A stretch of 64,000 nucleotides of DNA from an uncultured Eubacteriales bacterium (GCA_949288175.1 CASEIV010000005.1:8191-72190); one strand, 5' to 3'. Shown: positions 41,706 to 53,343, counted from the first letter of the stretch. The notes: a model not told the origin generated them from the letters alone. Program-made: numbers and translations.

Positions 41706-43004
41706 ATGTTAAAAAAGAAAATAAAAATTATTTCTTTAATTATTTTATTGCTTATCTCTTTATTGACACCTATTGTAAATGCTGAAAATGAAGTTAAAGT
41801 TGAAGCTACAACAACTGATCAGGTAAATCCTATAAGTGAAACGCAAGAAACAGTAACGATAAAAGAAGGAGACGAATATTTATTTCAAGATACTGTAACT
41901 GTCGACACGCCAGTTGATGGAAATTTGTTTATTATTGCAAATACAGTTACAATTAATTCTCAAATTGGTGGAGATGCATTTATCTTTGCTGATACCATTA
42001 ATATTGAAGAAAATGGATACATTTTAAGTAACTTATTTGCATGTGCCAATGCCATTCATGTAAAAGGTGTTGCTTACAACATCTATTCTATTGGTGATAC
42101 ATTAACCATTGACGGATTTGTCTACAGAGATGTTAGAACTATCTGTAATACACTTAATGTTAATAGTATGATTGGAAGAAATGTTTTTGTTAACTGCTCT
42201 TCTATCAATTTTAAAGAAAAGCCAAGTACAGAAGACACAGCTAGTATTACATCTTATGGAAGTATACAAGGAGATTTAAATTATTTTTCTGATGAAGAAA
42301 TTGCAATCCCAGATGGGCATGTTTCTGGAGAAACACATTTTACTGCACTAAAAAATAATACAGTTAATATTTCAAACTATATCTACTCTCTAGGTGCTAT
42401 ATTAGTATCTGCAATTATTATATGGTTAATTGGATTATGGCTTTCTCCAAAATTATTACATAACACAAGTTATCCTATAACATTGAGAAAAGCTTTACAA
42501 ATCATAGGATTAGGAATAATTGTTCCAATTGTTATTGCTTTATTATCTGTCATCATCTCACTAATTCCTATCACTAGCCAGTTTACAATGTTATTACTTT
42601 GTGTATTAGTTATCTTGTTCTTTGTTAGTACATCTGTTGCAATTATCAATGTTAATACTATGATTTGCAATAAACTAAAAATTACACAAAACTTATATAA
42701 ATTAGGATTTCTAATTGTTACTACTATCATCTTCTGGCTATTAACCTTGATTCCTTATGTTGGTATGGTTATTTCACTAATCGCCATTATATGGGGAATT
42801 GGTAATGTTTCTTATAGTATTTTAATAAAAGAGAAAACTGATGAAAATAATTCAGATTCTAATAAAAAGATTTCAAATTCTGAAAAGAAAAAAGAAAAAG
42901 TTGAATCTAAAACGGAAAAAGAAAATAAATCTAATAAATCAAAAGAAAAAAATAAATCTGATAAAACTGTAAAAGATAAAAAAACAGATAAAAATAATAA
43001 TTAA
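41706..43004 (+). CDS. Secreted/membrane protein with beta-helix-like repeats and C-terminal TM segments
   Basis: Signal peptide, repeated (V/I)xGxx(F/Y) units, 4-5 TM segments, Lys-rich tail. Confidence 0.75.
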   Translation: MLKKKIKIISLIILLLISLLTPIVNAENEVKVEATTTDQVNPISETQETVTIKEGDEYLFQDTVTVDTPVDGNLFIIANTVTINSQIGGDAFIFADTINIEENGYILSNLFACANAIHVKGVAYNIYSIGDTLTIDGFVYRDVRTICNTLNVNSMIGRNVFVNCSSINFKEKPSTEDTASITSYGSIQGDLNYFSDEEIAIPDGHVSGETHFTALKNNTVNISNYIYSLGAILVSAIIIWLIGLWLSPKLLHNTSYPITLRKALQIIGLGIIVPIVIALLSVIISLIPITSQFTMLLLCVLVILFFVSTSVAIINVNTMICNKLKITQNLYKLGFLIVTTIIFWLLTLIPYVGMVISLIAIIWGIGNVSYSILIKEKTDENNSDSNKKISNSEKKKEKVESKTEKENKSNKSKEKNKSDKTVKDKKTDKNNN

Positions 43005-43020
43005 AATTCTAAATAAATAT

Positions 43021-43060
43021 TTCAAAAGAAGGAATCTGCATCGTCAGATTCCTTCTTTTT
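43021..43060. terminator. Bidirectional terminator hairpin
   Basis: aaaagaaggaatctg...cagattccttcttttt. Confidence 0.75.
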
Positions 43061-43095
43061 CTAATTTCATTTTTGCTATATTTATGATTTGTCAA

Positions 43096-43761
43096 TTACG
43101 CTTCTTTTTTCAATTCATCTATAATCACCTTATAATCTACTGCATTTAGAATCGCTGTTCCTGCAACTAAAATATTCGCACCTGCTTTCTTGACTTCTGG
43201 TGCTGTTTTTAAATTAATTCCGCCATCTACTTCTATGTCTATTTCTAAATGGTTATTGTCAATATAATTTTTTAATGTTCTTACCTTTTCTGTCATTTCA
43301 CTTAAATAACTTTGTCCACCTTTTCCTGGTTCTACTGTCATAACTAAACACATATGGATATATGGTAAATATTTATAAACTTCTTCTATCTTCGTATTTG
43401 GTTTTACTGATATTCCTACTTTACAATTATATTGTTTTATATAGTTTATCATTTCAAATACCTCTTCTTCATTTTTGCAAGCTTCTAAATGAAATGTTAT
43501 GATATTTGGCTCTACTGCACTAAAATCATCTACTGCTTGTTTGATATCATTTACCATTAAGTGAACATCTAATGGTGCATTAGATATTCTTCTAATATAT
43601 GAAGCATATTCTAACATAGTTTTATATGTGTTTTTTTCCACAAATTCACCATCCATAACATCTATGTGAAAATAATCTGTTTTAGATGCTTCTAATGCAA
43701 AAAATGTTTTTGACTCCTCTCCTTTTTTTACTGAAAGAATTGATGTTGAAACTTCTACCAT
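43096..43761 (-). CDS. rpe: Ribulose-phosphate 3-epimerase
   Basis: HIDVMDG.FV, DVHLMV, MTVEPG, VDGGIN. Confidence 0.95.
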   Translation of the reverse strand: MVEVSTSILSVKKGEESKTFFALEASKTDYFHIDVMDGEFVEKNTYKTMLEYASYIRRISNAPLDVHLMVNDIKQAVDDFSAVEPNIITFHLEACKNEEEVFEMINYIKQYNCKVGISVKPNTKIEEVYKYLPYIHMCLVMTVEPGKGGQSYLSEMTEKVRTLKNYIDNNHLEIDIEVDGGINLKTAPEVKKAGANILVAGTAILNAVDYKVIIDELKKEA

Positions 43762-44636
43762 TTTCTTTCCTCCTTTTCTTTTAATTCTTGATATATTTTG
43801 CAAAATCTTTCATATCTTGCTTTATCAATCTCTCCATTTTCTACTGCTTTTTTGATTCCACAGTTTTCTTCTTTTATATGTGTACAACCTATAAATTCAC
43901 AATTCTCTTCAAATTGTCCAAATTCTTTGAAATACTGGTATAACTCTTTACTTTCTATTTCTGATATATCAAAAGTTGAAAAACCTGGTGTATCTGCTAT
44001 ATAAGTATCTTCATCTATTTCATATAATTTAATAGCTGTTGTTGTATTTTTTCCTCTTTTATTTTTCTTACTAATTTCTCCTTCTTGTGTGATATCTCTA
44101 TCAAATATACCATTAATTAAGGTAGATTTTCCAACCCCAGAATTTCCTGAAAATGCATTGATATTATTTTTTAATAATTCTTTTAATTTGTCAATTCCTT
44201 TTCTTTGTTTTGCATCTGTCAATATAACGGTATATCCTATTTTACTATATATTTGTTTTATATTTCTAAAATCTTCTTTTTGGTCTAAATCTGTTTTATT
44301 TAATAAAATAATACTGTTAACTCCCACAAATTCTGCAAAAGCTAATTGCTTATCTAGCATTAATAAATCTGGTTTTGGGTCTTTACTCGAAACCACAAAT
44401 ATAATTTGTGTGATATTAGCAAGTTTCGGTCTTTTTATATATACTTTTCTTTCATATATATTCTCAATAACAGCTTTTTTCTCTTTTTCATCTGTAATCG
44501 TTATATCCACTATATCACCAACAACTGGTGTAATTTCTTCTTTCTTAAATTTTCCTCTTGCTGTTGTTTCATATATTTCATCTTCTACTTTTACTTGATA
44601 TAGATTCGATATATTTTCTACAATTAATCCTCGCAT
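43755..44636 (-). CDS. rsgA: Ribosome small subunit GTPase RsgA
   Basis: NKTD, GNSGVGKS, DTPGF, C-x4-C-x-H-x5-C. Confidence 0.96.
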   Translation of the reverse strand: MRGLIVENISNLYQVKVEDEIYETTARGKFKKEEITPVVGDIVDITITDEKEKKAVIENIYERKVYIKRPKLANITQIIFVVSSKDPKPDLLMLDKQLAFAEFVGVNSIILLNKTDLDQKEDFRNIKQIYSKIGYTVILTDAKQRKGIDKLKELLKNNINAFSGNSGVGKSTLINGIFDRDITQEGEISKKNKRGKNTTTAIKLYEIDEDTYIADTPGFSTFDISEIESKELYQYFKEFGQFEENCEFIGCTHIKEENCGIKKAVENGEIDKARYERFCKIYQELKEKEERKW

Positions 44637-44782
44637 ATTTCCTCCATTTTTGTCCTTTTGGGTCCATTAGGATCAGATCCATTTGGGACATTTTTCCCTT
44701 TCCTTTACCATTATATACGAAAAAAGTCCAATTCGCAATTATTGAATTGAACTTTTTATTATTTTATCATTATCTATTTTCA

Positions 44783-46753
44783 TTAAAATGTTATTGTATC
44801 CTGTGATCCTAAAGTAATGGTTCTACTTGAACTATAAATTTGGTTACCACCATTGTTTGGGTCTGTTATAGATACATTTATCTCTAAAGATTCTCCTTCT
44901 TTTCCAGAAAGTGTTATTTGACAATTTTCAGTTGTACTGCTTACTGTCCTTGTTTCATTGTTAACTTTTACATTTACGTTTCTATTAGTTGTCCCTTCTG
45001 TTTCTTCATTCTGTTCTGCAAAATAGCTTTCTACTAATTTTTTAACACTTACATTTACTACTATATCTTTATTTTCAGCCACTTTATTTACAGTTAATGT
45101 AACAGTTGTTCCCTCATCTACTGTTGTTCCTCCTGTCACACTTTGTGCTGTAACTTTTCCATCATTAGAAGTTGCTTCTACATAATTAATTGTCACTTTT
45201 AATCCTTGACCTTCTAATGTTGATTTTGCATTTGCTTCTGTTTGCCCTACAACATTTTGAACTGTAACTTGTTTTATTCCTGTTCCTGTACTTACATGAA
45301 TTTTAATCGTGTCTCCTGCATATGCTTCAGAATCTGCTTCTACTTCTTGAGAAATAACATACCCTTCTTTTACCGTTTTACTTGTTTCTTCTATTACTTC
45401 TGCTTTCAATTTTGCATCTTCTAGCATTCTTATTGCTTCACTTCTTTCTTCTCCTTCAACATTAGGTACTGTTGTCTTTTCTTGTCCCTTGCTAATAACT
45501 ACTTTGACAGTACTTCCTTCCTTTACATGATAGTCTGCAATATAAGTAGGATCTTGAGAAATAACATATCCTTCTGGAACATCTTTATTAAATTCTTCAC
45601 TTGATACTTCAAATACAAGTTTTAAATCCTCTACTGTTTTTTGTGCTTCTTCTTTAGACATTCCTACTACTTCTGGAAGTTGCACTTCTGCTGGATTTGT
45701 TATATTTAAGAATGCTAGTGTTCCACCTAAACTGATAGCAAATAATAATATCAAGCCTATAAATGTACTTAATATTTTATGTCTTTTAATAAATGCTACA
45801 AATTTATTATCTTTCTTTCCTCTTTTCTTGTTGTCATCTTCTGCTACATTACCATATAAATCTGTATTAATTTTTTGTGTTCTTGCTGTTGCATCATAAT
45901 CTCTATCTTCTACAAAATCTCCATTAGGATTTTTTAAAGCTTGCCTTAAATCAGCCAACATATCTGTTGCTGTTTGATATCTTAAAGTTGTATCTTTTTT
46001 TAATGCTTTCATAATAATTCTATTAACTGCTGATGGTAAATTTGGATTTAATTCTATTGGTTCTTCAGGTTCTTCTTGCATATGTTTTAATGCAACAGAA
46101 ACTGGTGTATCTGCATCAAATGGAACTCTTCCTGTCACCATTTCATACATAACGACACCTAAAGAATATAAATCTGATTTGGCATCTGTAAATCCACCTC
46201 TTGCATGTTCTGGTGAAAAATAGTGTACAGAGCCAATGGTAGTTCCAAAAGCTGTAATAGTAGAGTTAGAAACTGCTTTTGCGATTCCAAAATCTGTAAC
46301 TTTTGCAATTCCATCTTCTGTTATGATAATATTATGTGGTTTAATATCTCTATGTATAATATTGTTTTTATGTGCCATTTCTAGTGCTGAAGCAATTTGA
46401 ATGGCTACATTTACTGACCATTTCCATGGAAGTGGTCCTCTTTCTTCTACAATAATTTCCTTAAGAGTCTTTCCTCTTATCAATTCCATGACAATATAAT
46501 ATAAATTATCCTCTGAACCAACATCATAAATAGATACAATATTTGGATGAGTAAGTCTCGCTGCTGATTGTGCTTCTATTTCAAATCGTTTAATAAACTC
46601 CTCATCTGTTGTAAATTCGTCTTTTAAAACTTTTACAGCTACATTTCTTTTTAATACTTTATCCTCTGCTCTATAAACTGTAGCCATACCTCCATTACCA
46701 GCTTTTTCGATAATTTCGTACCTATTCCCTAATATTTTTCCTTCTAAAATCAT
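44783..46753 (-). CDS. prkC: PASTA-domain Ser/Thr kinase
   Basis: HRDIKPHN, DFG, TM segment, three PASTA repeats. Confidence 0.95.
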   Translation of the reverse strand: MILEGKILGNRYEIIEKAGNGGMATVYRAEDKVLKRNVAVKVLKDEFTTDEEFIKRFEIEAQSAARLTHPNIVSIYDVGSEDNLYYIVMELIRGKTLKEIIVEERGPLPWKWSVNVAIQIASALEMAHKNNIIHRDIKPHNIIITEDGIAKVTDFGIAKAVSNSTITAFGTTIGSVHYFSPEHARGGFTDAKSDLYSLGVVMYEMVTGRVPFDADTPVSVALKHMQEEPEEPIELNPNLPSAVNRIIMKALKKDTTLRYQTATDMLADLRQALKNPNGDFVEDRDYDATARTQKINTDLYGNVAEDDNKKRGKKDNKFVAFIKRHKILSTFIGLILLFAISLGGTLAFLNITNPAEVQLPEVVGMSKEEAQKTVEDLKLVFEVSSEEFNKDVPEGYVISQDPTYIADYHVKEGSTVKVVISKGQEKTTVPNVEGEERSEAIRMLEDAKLKAEVIEETSKTVKEGYVISQEVEADSEAYAGDTIKIHVSTGTGIKQVTVQNVVGQTEANAKSTLEGQGLKVTINYVEATSNDGKVTAQSVTGGTTVDEGTTVTLTVNKVAENKDIVVNVSVKKLVESYFAEQNEETEGTTNRNVNVKVNNETRTVSSTTENCQITLSGKEGESLEINVSITDPNNGGNQIYSSSRTITLGSQDTITF

Positions 46754-46799
46754 ATTTATCTCTCCTTAATATGTTTAATATGTAGATTGCTTTTGATTT

Positions 46800-47534
46800 T
46801 TATATATTTTTGATAACAATAACCGTAATATTGTCATAGCCACCATAATCATTTGCCAATTTTACCAATTCTTTTGGGGCTTGTTCAATATCTTTTTTAG
46901 CCCATTTGAATATTTCTTCTTTTGAGACCAAATTTGTTAAACCATCTGAATTTATAATGAATATATCATCTTTCAAAAAGCCTTTTATCATGACATCTGG
47001 TTCTACAAAAGCATTACAACCTAAAGCCTTCATTAACATATTTTTTTGTGGATGATGTTCTGCCTGTTCTTGTGTAATTGTTCCATCCTTTACTAATTTT
47101 TGTACATAACTATGGTCTTGTGTTAATTTTCTCATAAAATCTTTTCTGATTCTATATATCCTACTGTCTCCAACATGACCGATAAAGGCTCTATTATTAT
47201 ATATTAAACAAACTTCTAAAGTAGTACCCATTCCTTCTAATTCAGGATTTTCTTTTGACTTTTCATATACTACCATATTGGCATATTCCATACTACTTCC
47301 TACTAATTGAATAATACTTTCCTTGTCTTTTGGAATTTCTTTAAAATTATTTTCTATATAACTTTTTGCTGATTGAATGGCAAGTTTACTAGCAATTTCT
47401 CCACCTTTATATCCTCCCATACCATCAGCTAACATATATAACTGAACTTCATCTAAAGAATTGGATATATAATAGTAATCTTGATTAATCTCTCTTACTT
47501 TACCTATATCCGATTTTGCATAAGCCTTTATCAT
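46800..47534 (-). CDS. prpC: PP2C Ser/Thr phosphatase
   Basis: ADGMGG, GMGTT, HVGDSR, SDGL, DNIT. Confidence 0.95.
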   Translation of the reverse strand: MIKAYAKSDIGKVREINQDYYYISNSLDEVQLYMLADGMGGYKGGEIASKLAIQSAKSYIENNFKEIPKDKESIIQLVGSSMEYANMVVYEKSKENPELEGMGTTLEVCLIYNNRAFIGHVGDSRIYRIRKDFMRKLTQDHSYVQKLVKDGTITQEQAEHHPQKNMLMKALGCNAFVEPDVMIKGFLKDDIFIINSDGLTNLVSKEEIFKWAKKDIEQAPKELVKLANDYGGYDNITVIVIKNI

Positions 47535-47728
47535 GTTTTCACCTCGTTTTCCTTTTGTTTTATACAAAATTTATATAAATATACTTGTATCTTTTATATC
47601 ACAAGTTTCTATTTTTTGCAATTAGTTTGCTAAAATTTATTTATTACTAGTATTTCTATTAAAACATTATTTAAAAAAAATAACAGACTATTACAAAGTC
47701 TGTCATTTTTCAACTTTTTTTGTTTAAA

Positions 47729-48544
47729 TTATTCTATATTTTTAAACATCATTATTCTAAATCCTATACTTGGCTCTGTTTCCAATGCAGGTCTACTTGA
47801 TAAATTTTTTGATTCTATATTCATTGTTGTTACTCGTTGATTTCTATTTCCGATTATCCACTCATCAAATGTATTCTCTTCTTGCAAATTCCACATAGAT
47901 TTCTGGCTTTGATTTATAATATTTTCATATTGTTTTTCATAACACAAAGAAGATGTATATCCTATCATTTTATTTTCTGTACTAAATTGTCTAGCTATTT
48001 GTTTTGCAGTTTTCCAGTCTGTATCATGATAGATTGTTGCCCCCTTCTTTACTACTACTTTTCCCTTTTCTTCTCCAGCTTTATATCGACTAAGATAAAA
48101 TCCACCATATGCCTTCACACTTTCACACATTTTTTTATAAATTTCTACATCCGAATCACTTACTATGCTTTGCCTTGCTGCTTCTTCTAATTCTATTGGC
48201 ACATGTTGATACCCTGCATATTTAGAATATTCTTGTATGGTATATTTCTCTATATTTTCTACTGAAATCCATATAAATTGGTTTCCATACACCTCTTCTG
48301 AAAGCATACCTTTCTCTTTATCTTTTTCATTATCACTAATCGCTAATACTTTATCTTCCTTTGCTTTATTCAAATCATCCTCTATCTTAAAATATCCTGT
48401 AGGAATGATTTCATATAATGTTTCATTTTCTTGCTCTGTTTTTTCGTTATCTTTTAAAACATTCATTACGATTATTACTAAAAATATCAATATTAATAAT
48501 GCTACTAGTAGACTAATTAATAAAATCTTATTACTTTTTTTCAT
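47729..48544 (-). CDS. Membrane-anchored hypothetical protein
   Basis: N-terminal TM segment; GNQFIWI, YGGFYLSRY and IGFR motifs. Confidence 0.65.
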   Translation of the reverse strand: MKKSNKILLISLLVALLILIFLVIIVMNVLKDNEKTEQENETLYEIIPTGYFKIEDDLNKAKEDKVLAISDNEKDKEKGMLSEEVYGNQFIWISVENIEKYTIQEYSKYAGYQHVPIELEEAARQSIVSDSDVEIYKKMCESVKAYGGFYLSRYKAGEEKGKVVVKKGATIYHDTDWKTAKQIARQFSTENKMIGYTSSLCYEKQYENIINQSQKSMWNLQEENTFDEWIIGNRNQRVTTMNIESKNLSSRPALETEPSIGFRIMMFKNIE

Positions 48545-48559
48545 CCCCTTGTTCTCCCT

Positions 48560-49999
48560 TTACTTTTTCAATTCTTCTAAGAACATTTCATTTAACATTT
48601 TAGGATTTGCTTTTCCTTTTGTCTCTTTCATTGCCTGTCCTACTAAGAATCCTAATGCTCTATCTTTTCCTGCTTTGTAATCTGCAATAGATTGTGAATT
48701 TGCTTCTAATACTTTTAATACGACTTCTTTGATTGCCCCTTCATCTGATATTTGAATCCATCCTTTTTCTTTTATAATCTCTTCTGGGTCTCTTGGATTT
48801 TCAAATAGTTCTTCTAATACTTTTTTACCTATACTTGAACTTATCGTTCCTTTGTCAATTAAAATGACTAATTTTCCTAATTGATTGCTATCGAATGGAA
48901 TTTCAATTGGTTCCATTTCTGTTTCATTTAAGATTCTTGATATATCTGAGATTATCCAGTTGCTAACTGCTTTTGGATTATTACATACCTTGATAGCTCC
49001 TTCAAATAAATCTGATAGATATTTTGATGATGTAATAATATTGGCATCTTTTTCTGATAATTCATATTCTTTTAGATATCTTTCTTTTCTACTTTCTGGT
49101 AATTCTGGTAGTGATTTTTTAATATTCTCAATATATTCTTCTGATAATTTAATTGCTACTAAGTCTGGGTCTGGGAAATATCTGTAATCTTGTGCATCTT
49201 CTTTATCTCTCATAGAAAAGGTTTTTCCTGATACATCATCCCATCTCAATGTTTCTTGCTCTACTTCTCCACCTTCTTCAATGACATCTATTTGTCTATC
49301 AATTTCATATTCAATTCCTCTTGTAATACTTCTAAAAGAGTTCATATTTTTCATTTCTGTACGTGTTCCTAGCTTTGAATCTCCTTTTTTTCTAACAGAT
49401 ACATTGACATCTGCTCTATAGGAACCTTCTTGCATTTTACAGTCAGAAACTTCAATATATTCTAATATAGATTTTAATTTTCTTAAATATGCTTCTGCTT
49501 CTTCACTACTCCTTAAATCTGGTTCTGAAACAATTTCAATTAGTGGTACACCTGCTCTATTTAAATCTACTAGACTTCCTCCTGCAAATTCATCATGATT
49601 TAATTTTCCAGCATCCTCTTCTATATGGATTCTAGTTAATCTAATTTTTTTCTTTCCCTCTTTTGTATCAATTTCCACATATCCATGCTCACATAAAGGC
49701 TTATCATATTGTGAAATTTGATATGCTTTTGGTAAATCTGGATAGAAATAGTTTTTTCTATCATTTTTACTATTTCTAGATATTTCACAATTTGTTGCTA
49801 GTCCTGCTTTTACAGCATATTCTACTACTTTTTCATTTAATACTGGTAATGTTCCTGGCATTGCCATACAGATTGGACAAGTTTGTGTGTTAGGCGCTGC
49901 TCCAAATTTTGTTGGACATGAACAAAATATTTTTGTTTTTGTTGATAACTCTGCATGCACTTCTAGTCCTATAATCACTTCATAATCTTCTCTAGACAT
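48560..49999 (-). CDS. gatB: Asp/Glu-tRNA amidotransferase subunit B
   Basis: IGLEVHAEL, YFYPDLPK, DYRYFPDPD. Confidence 0.97.
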   Translation of the reverse strand: MSREDYEVIIGLEVHAELSTKTKIFCSCPTKFGAAPNTQTCPICMAMPGTLPVLNEKVVEYAVKAGLATNCEISRNSKNDRKNYFYPDLPKAYQISQYDKPLCEHGYVEIDTKEGKKKIRLTRIHIEEDAGKLNHDEFAGGSLVDLNRAGVPLIEIVSEPDLRSSEEAEAYLRKLKSILEYIEVSDCKMQEGSYRADVNVSVRKKGDSKLGTRTEMKNMNSFRSITRGIEYEIDRQIDVIEEGGEVEQETLRWDDVSGKTFSMRDKEDAQDYRYFPDPDLVAIKLSEEYIENIKKSLPELPESRKERYLKEYELSEKDANIITSSKYLSDLFEGAIKVCNNPKAVSNWIISDISRILNETEMEPIEIPFDSNQLGKLVILIDKGTISSSIGKKVLEELFENPRDPEEIIKEKGWIQISDEGAIKEVVLKVLEANSQSIADYKAGKDRALGFLVGQAMKETKGKANPKMLNEMFLEELKK

Positions 50000-50033
50000 T
50001 TATCTTCCTCCTCTTCTTATCCTGTATACTTTT

Positions 50034-51503
50034 CTATTTCTTAAATTCTGGTTTATAGTTTTCTCTAAATTTAAAATCTTGCTCAAATGCATATGCTGTA
50101 TTTAAAATCGTTTCCTCACAGAATTTATTTCCAATTAATTGCATTCCTACTGGCATACCTTCTTTATCTACGCCACATGGAATAGAAATACCTGGAAGTC
50201 CTGCAATATTTACTGAAACCGTACAAATATCTGCTAAATACATTTCCAATGGATTATTAGATTTAGAACCAATATCAAAAGCTACTGTTGGTGATGTTGG
50301 TGCTAAGATAACATCATATTTCTCAAAAGCTTTATTAAATTCATTCATAACTAATGTACGTACTTGTTGTGCTTTTTTGTAATATGCATCATAATATCCT
50401 GATGATAATACATAAGTTCCAAGAATGATTCTTCTTTTAACCTCTGGTCCAAATCCTTCACTTCTTGATTTTTTATATAATTCTTTTAAGTTTTTAAATT
50501 CTCCTGTTCTATAGGTATATCTGATACCATCAAATCTTCCTAAGTTTGAACTCGCTTCAGCACAGGCAATAATGTAATAGGATGCTAAAGAATATTTTGC
50601 AATATCTAATGAAAATTCTTCAATTTCTGCTCCTAATTTTTTATATCTGTCAATTGCCTCATATAATTTTTCTTTTACTTCTTCATTAATTCCTTCAGCA
50701 TAAAATTCTTTTGGAACACCAATTTTTAATCCTTTTACATCACCTTTTAAACATGCTGTGTAATCTTTTTCCCCTATGTCTACTGATGTCGTATCTTTTT
50801 TATCATGACCTGCGATGATATTTAATAACATGGCTGCATCTCTAACATCTTTTGTAATAGGACCAATTTGGTCTAATGATGAAGCAAAGGCAACTAATCC
50901 ATATCTTGATACCAATCCATAAGTTGGTTTTAATCCTACAACACCACAAAAACTTGCTGGTTCTCTGATAGAACCACCTGTATCACTACCTAATGCCCAA
51001 GGTACCATATTACTTGCAACAGCTGCTGCACTTCCTCCTGAAGAACCACCTGGTACTTTATTTAAATTCCATGGATTTTTTGTTGGATGAAAATATGAAT
51101 ATTCTGTTGAACCTCCCATAGCAAATTCGTCCATATTTAATTTTCCAAGATTAATCATATTTTCATCATTTATTTTTTCCATAACTGTTGCATCATATGG
51201 TGATACAAAGTTTTCTAACATTTTTGAACTGCAAGTTGTTTTTACACCTTTTGTACAAATATTATCTTTAATTCCTATTGGAATCCCTGCAAAAGCTCCC
51301 TTTATTTCACCTTTATCTATTTTTTCTTGCATTTCTTCTGCTTTTTTATTAGCTTCTTCTGCTAATACTGTTACAAAAGCTTGTACATCTTTTTCTTTTT
51401 CAGCAATTCTATCTGTATATGCTTTTGCAATCTCTTTTATTGTTAATTCTTTACTTTTTAACTTCTCTTGTAATTCATGAACCGTTAATTCTGTAATTTC
51501 CAT
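50034..51503 (-). CDS. gatA: Asp/Glu-tRNA amidotransferase subunit A
   Basis: Amidase signature [16 protein letters not shown]. Confidence 0.97.
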   Translation of the reverse strand: MEITELTVHELQEKLKSKELTIKEIAKAYTDRIAEKEKDVQAFVTVLAEEANKKAEEMQEKIDKGEIKGAFAGIPIGIKDNICTKGVKTTCSSKMLENFVSPYDATVMEKINDENMINLGKLNMDEFAMGGSTEYSYFHPTKNPWNLNKVPGGSSGGSAAAVASNMVPWALGSDTGGSIREPASFCGVVGLKPTYGLVSRYGLVAFASSLDQIGPITKDVRDAAMLLNIIAGHDKKDTTSVDIGEKDYTACLKGDVKGLKIGVPKEFYAEGINEEVKEKLYEAIDRYKKLGAEIEEFSLDIAKYSLASYYIIACAEASSNLGRFDGIRYTYRTGEFKNLKELYKKSRSEGFGPEVKRRIILGTYVLSSGYYDAYYKKAQQVRTLVMNEFNKAFEKYDVILAPTSPTVAFDIGSKSNNPLEMYLADICTVSVNIAGLPGISIPCGVDKEGMPVGMQLIGNKFCEETILNTAYAFEQDFKFRENYKPEFKK

Positions 51504-51520
51504 GCGTTAATCCTCCTATT

Positions 51521-52114
51521 TTAATCTTTTCTATAATTTTCTATTTTTTGATATAGATGTGGCCAAGAATACACTCTTTCTATATTTTCACTTTCAAAGT
51601 CTTTATTGATAATGGTGTCCATCATATATGTCTTGATTCCTGCCTTTGCCATTGCTATACAATTTTTGATACTATCATCTACAAATATATCTATATCATT
51701 TTCTTTGGCTACAATGACTTTGTTTTGAGAGTTTAAGATTAATTTATCATATGGAATGTTATATTTTTCTAACCAATTTTTTGTCAATTCCTCTATATTA
51801 AATTTATTTGATGGAAATCTCGCCGTTATCAAATAAATCTGATTTCCCTCTTCTTTTAATTTTTTAATATTTTCTACTGCATACATTTTAGGTTGTACTT
51901 TTAAAACTGTTTTTTCATAATATTTATCTAAGAATTCTTTGTCTTCTTTTTTATTCCAATTATGAAAATTTGTACAATACATATGTGTTATGATATTTCT
52001 ATTGACATCTTTTATCTCTTTTCTCATATCATTGATTGTATAATTTTGTGCATAATTAAATAGTACATCATAGGTATTTGCAATTGTATCATCTATATCA
52101 ATTCCTATATTCAT
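51521..52114 (-). CDS. HAD-family 5'(3')-deoxyribonucleotidase-like protein
   Basis: MNIGIDIDDT, ITAR, FVDD. Confidence 0.85.
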   Translation of the reverse strand: MNIGIDIDDTIANTYDVLFNYAQNYTINDMRKEIKDVNRNIITHMYCTNFHNWNKKEDKEFLDKYYEKTVLKVQPKMYAVENIKKLKEEGNQIYLITARFPSNKFNIEELTKNWLEKYNIPYDKLILNSQNKVIVAKENDIDIFVDDSIKNCIAMAKAGIKTYMMDTIINKDFESENIERVYSWPHLYQKIENYRKD

Positions 52115-52124
52115 TTTCCTTCTC

Positions 52125-52412
52125 CTAATTGATAACTTTTGGTATTTTAAACATATTTTGTTCTTCACTTGGTGCATTCATAAATAAAGCTTGATTATCT
52201 TCAAATATCTCTACTTCATCTTTTCTAAATACATTTTTAGCTTCATTTGCTCCTATCGTAATATCTAAATTATCTGTATTGGCATTATTTACGATATTTG
52301 CGAAATCTAAAATTTCTTGTAAATTATCCAAATATTGTTGAACTTCATTTTCTTCCAATGTTAAATTTGCTAAATTTGCAATGTGCAAAATTTCCTCTTT
52401 ACTTACTTGCAT
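52125..52412 (-). CDS. gatC: Asp/Glu-tRNA amidotransferase subunit C
   Basis: EEILHIANLA.L, FR.D, NAP, FKIPKV. Confidence 0.93.
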   Translation of the reverse strand: MQVSKEEILHIANLANLTLEENEVQQYLDNLQEILDFANIVNNANTDNLDITIGANEAKNVFRKDEVEIFEDNQALFMNAPSEEQNMFKIPKVIN

Positions 52413-52519
52413 ATCATCAACTCCTACATTTAATTTGGTCTTTATTATATACTGAAAAGCTTAAAAAAACAAGTCAAAATGACTTGTTTTCCATATTTTT
52501 TCATTGTTTATTTATATAT

Positions 52520-53284
52520 TTAAATTGCCCTTGCCTTTACAATTACTCTTTGACTACTATCATCTGTACAAGTAATTAATGTAATTTCTGTTCTTCCATC
52601 TGTGTTTTGAGAAGTACAACTTACATCTTCTGGTATAACTGTATATTTATCATATACTTCATATTCTACTGTACGATTATTTGCAAAATCTGTTATTTGT
52701 ATAATATCTCCATTTACCAAAGTTGGTACTTTGCTAAAAAATCTTGAGTTTCTATAATTATGTCCTACAATACAATAATTTCCCACTGTATTAATTTCTG
52801 GCCCATGGAATTTTACTGGTGACATTTTTAATAATGCTTCTGTTTCTGCTTCTGAATCTGTTTCTCCATCTAATATTCCATATTCTATACCTAACTTAGG
52901 AATCACTATTTTTCCATCAGTTACATATGTATAACCTGATTGTGATTGTTGTTTTGTTTTGGTTGTACTATTTTGATTTGTATTAGATACAACTACTGGT
53001 GCTTCTGTTCCATCATCAGTTGTATCATTTAATACTGCAATTAATATATCACTATCAGCCACTGTATTATCTTCTTGTTCAGCTTCTGCACTTGCTAAAA
53101 TGTCTTGTGACATAGCCTCTGCTTTATCTCTATCATATGCTGCATATATATATACAGATATTAGAACAATTAAGAAAAATACAGATAATATGAAATTGAC
53201 TTTATATACTTTTTTCTTTCTCTTTAACTCAGGTGTTATGTATAATTTCTTTGTTACTAATATTTGATTCATAAACCTCTCCAT
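52520..53284 (-). CDS. Sortase
   Basis: N-terminal TM segment, GHNY, TLITC...R catalytic motifs. Confidence 0.9.
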   Translation of the reverse strand: MERFMNQILVTKKLYITPELKRKKKVYKVNFILSVFFLIVLISVYIYAAYDRDKAEAMSQDILASAEAEQEDNTVADSDILIAVLNDTTDDGTEAPVVVSNTNQNSTTKTKQQSQSGYTYVTDGKIVIPKLGIEYGILDGETDSEAETEALLKMSPVKFHGPEINTVGNYCIVGHNYRNSRFFSKVPTLVNGDIIQITDFANNRTVEYEVYDKYTVIPEDVSCTSQNTDGRTEITLITCTDDSSQRVIVKARAI

Positions 53285-53343
53285 TTTATAATAATCTTTC
53301 TATATCATTATAACATGAATTTTATGAAAATAAAATATCTTTA

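Noticed and set aside
41510-41785. 91-aa plus-strand ORF from the track
   Set aside because: It overlaps the better-supported 41467..41607 small ORF and the start of 41706 in other frames.
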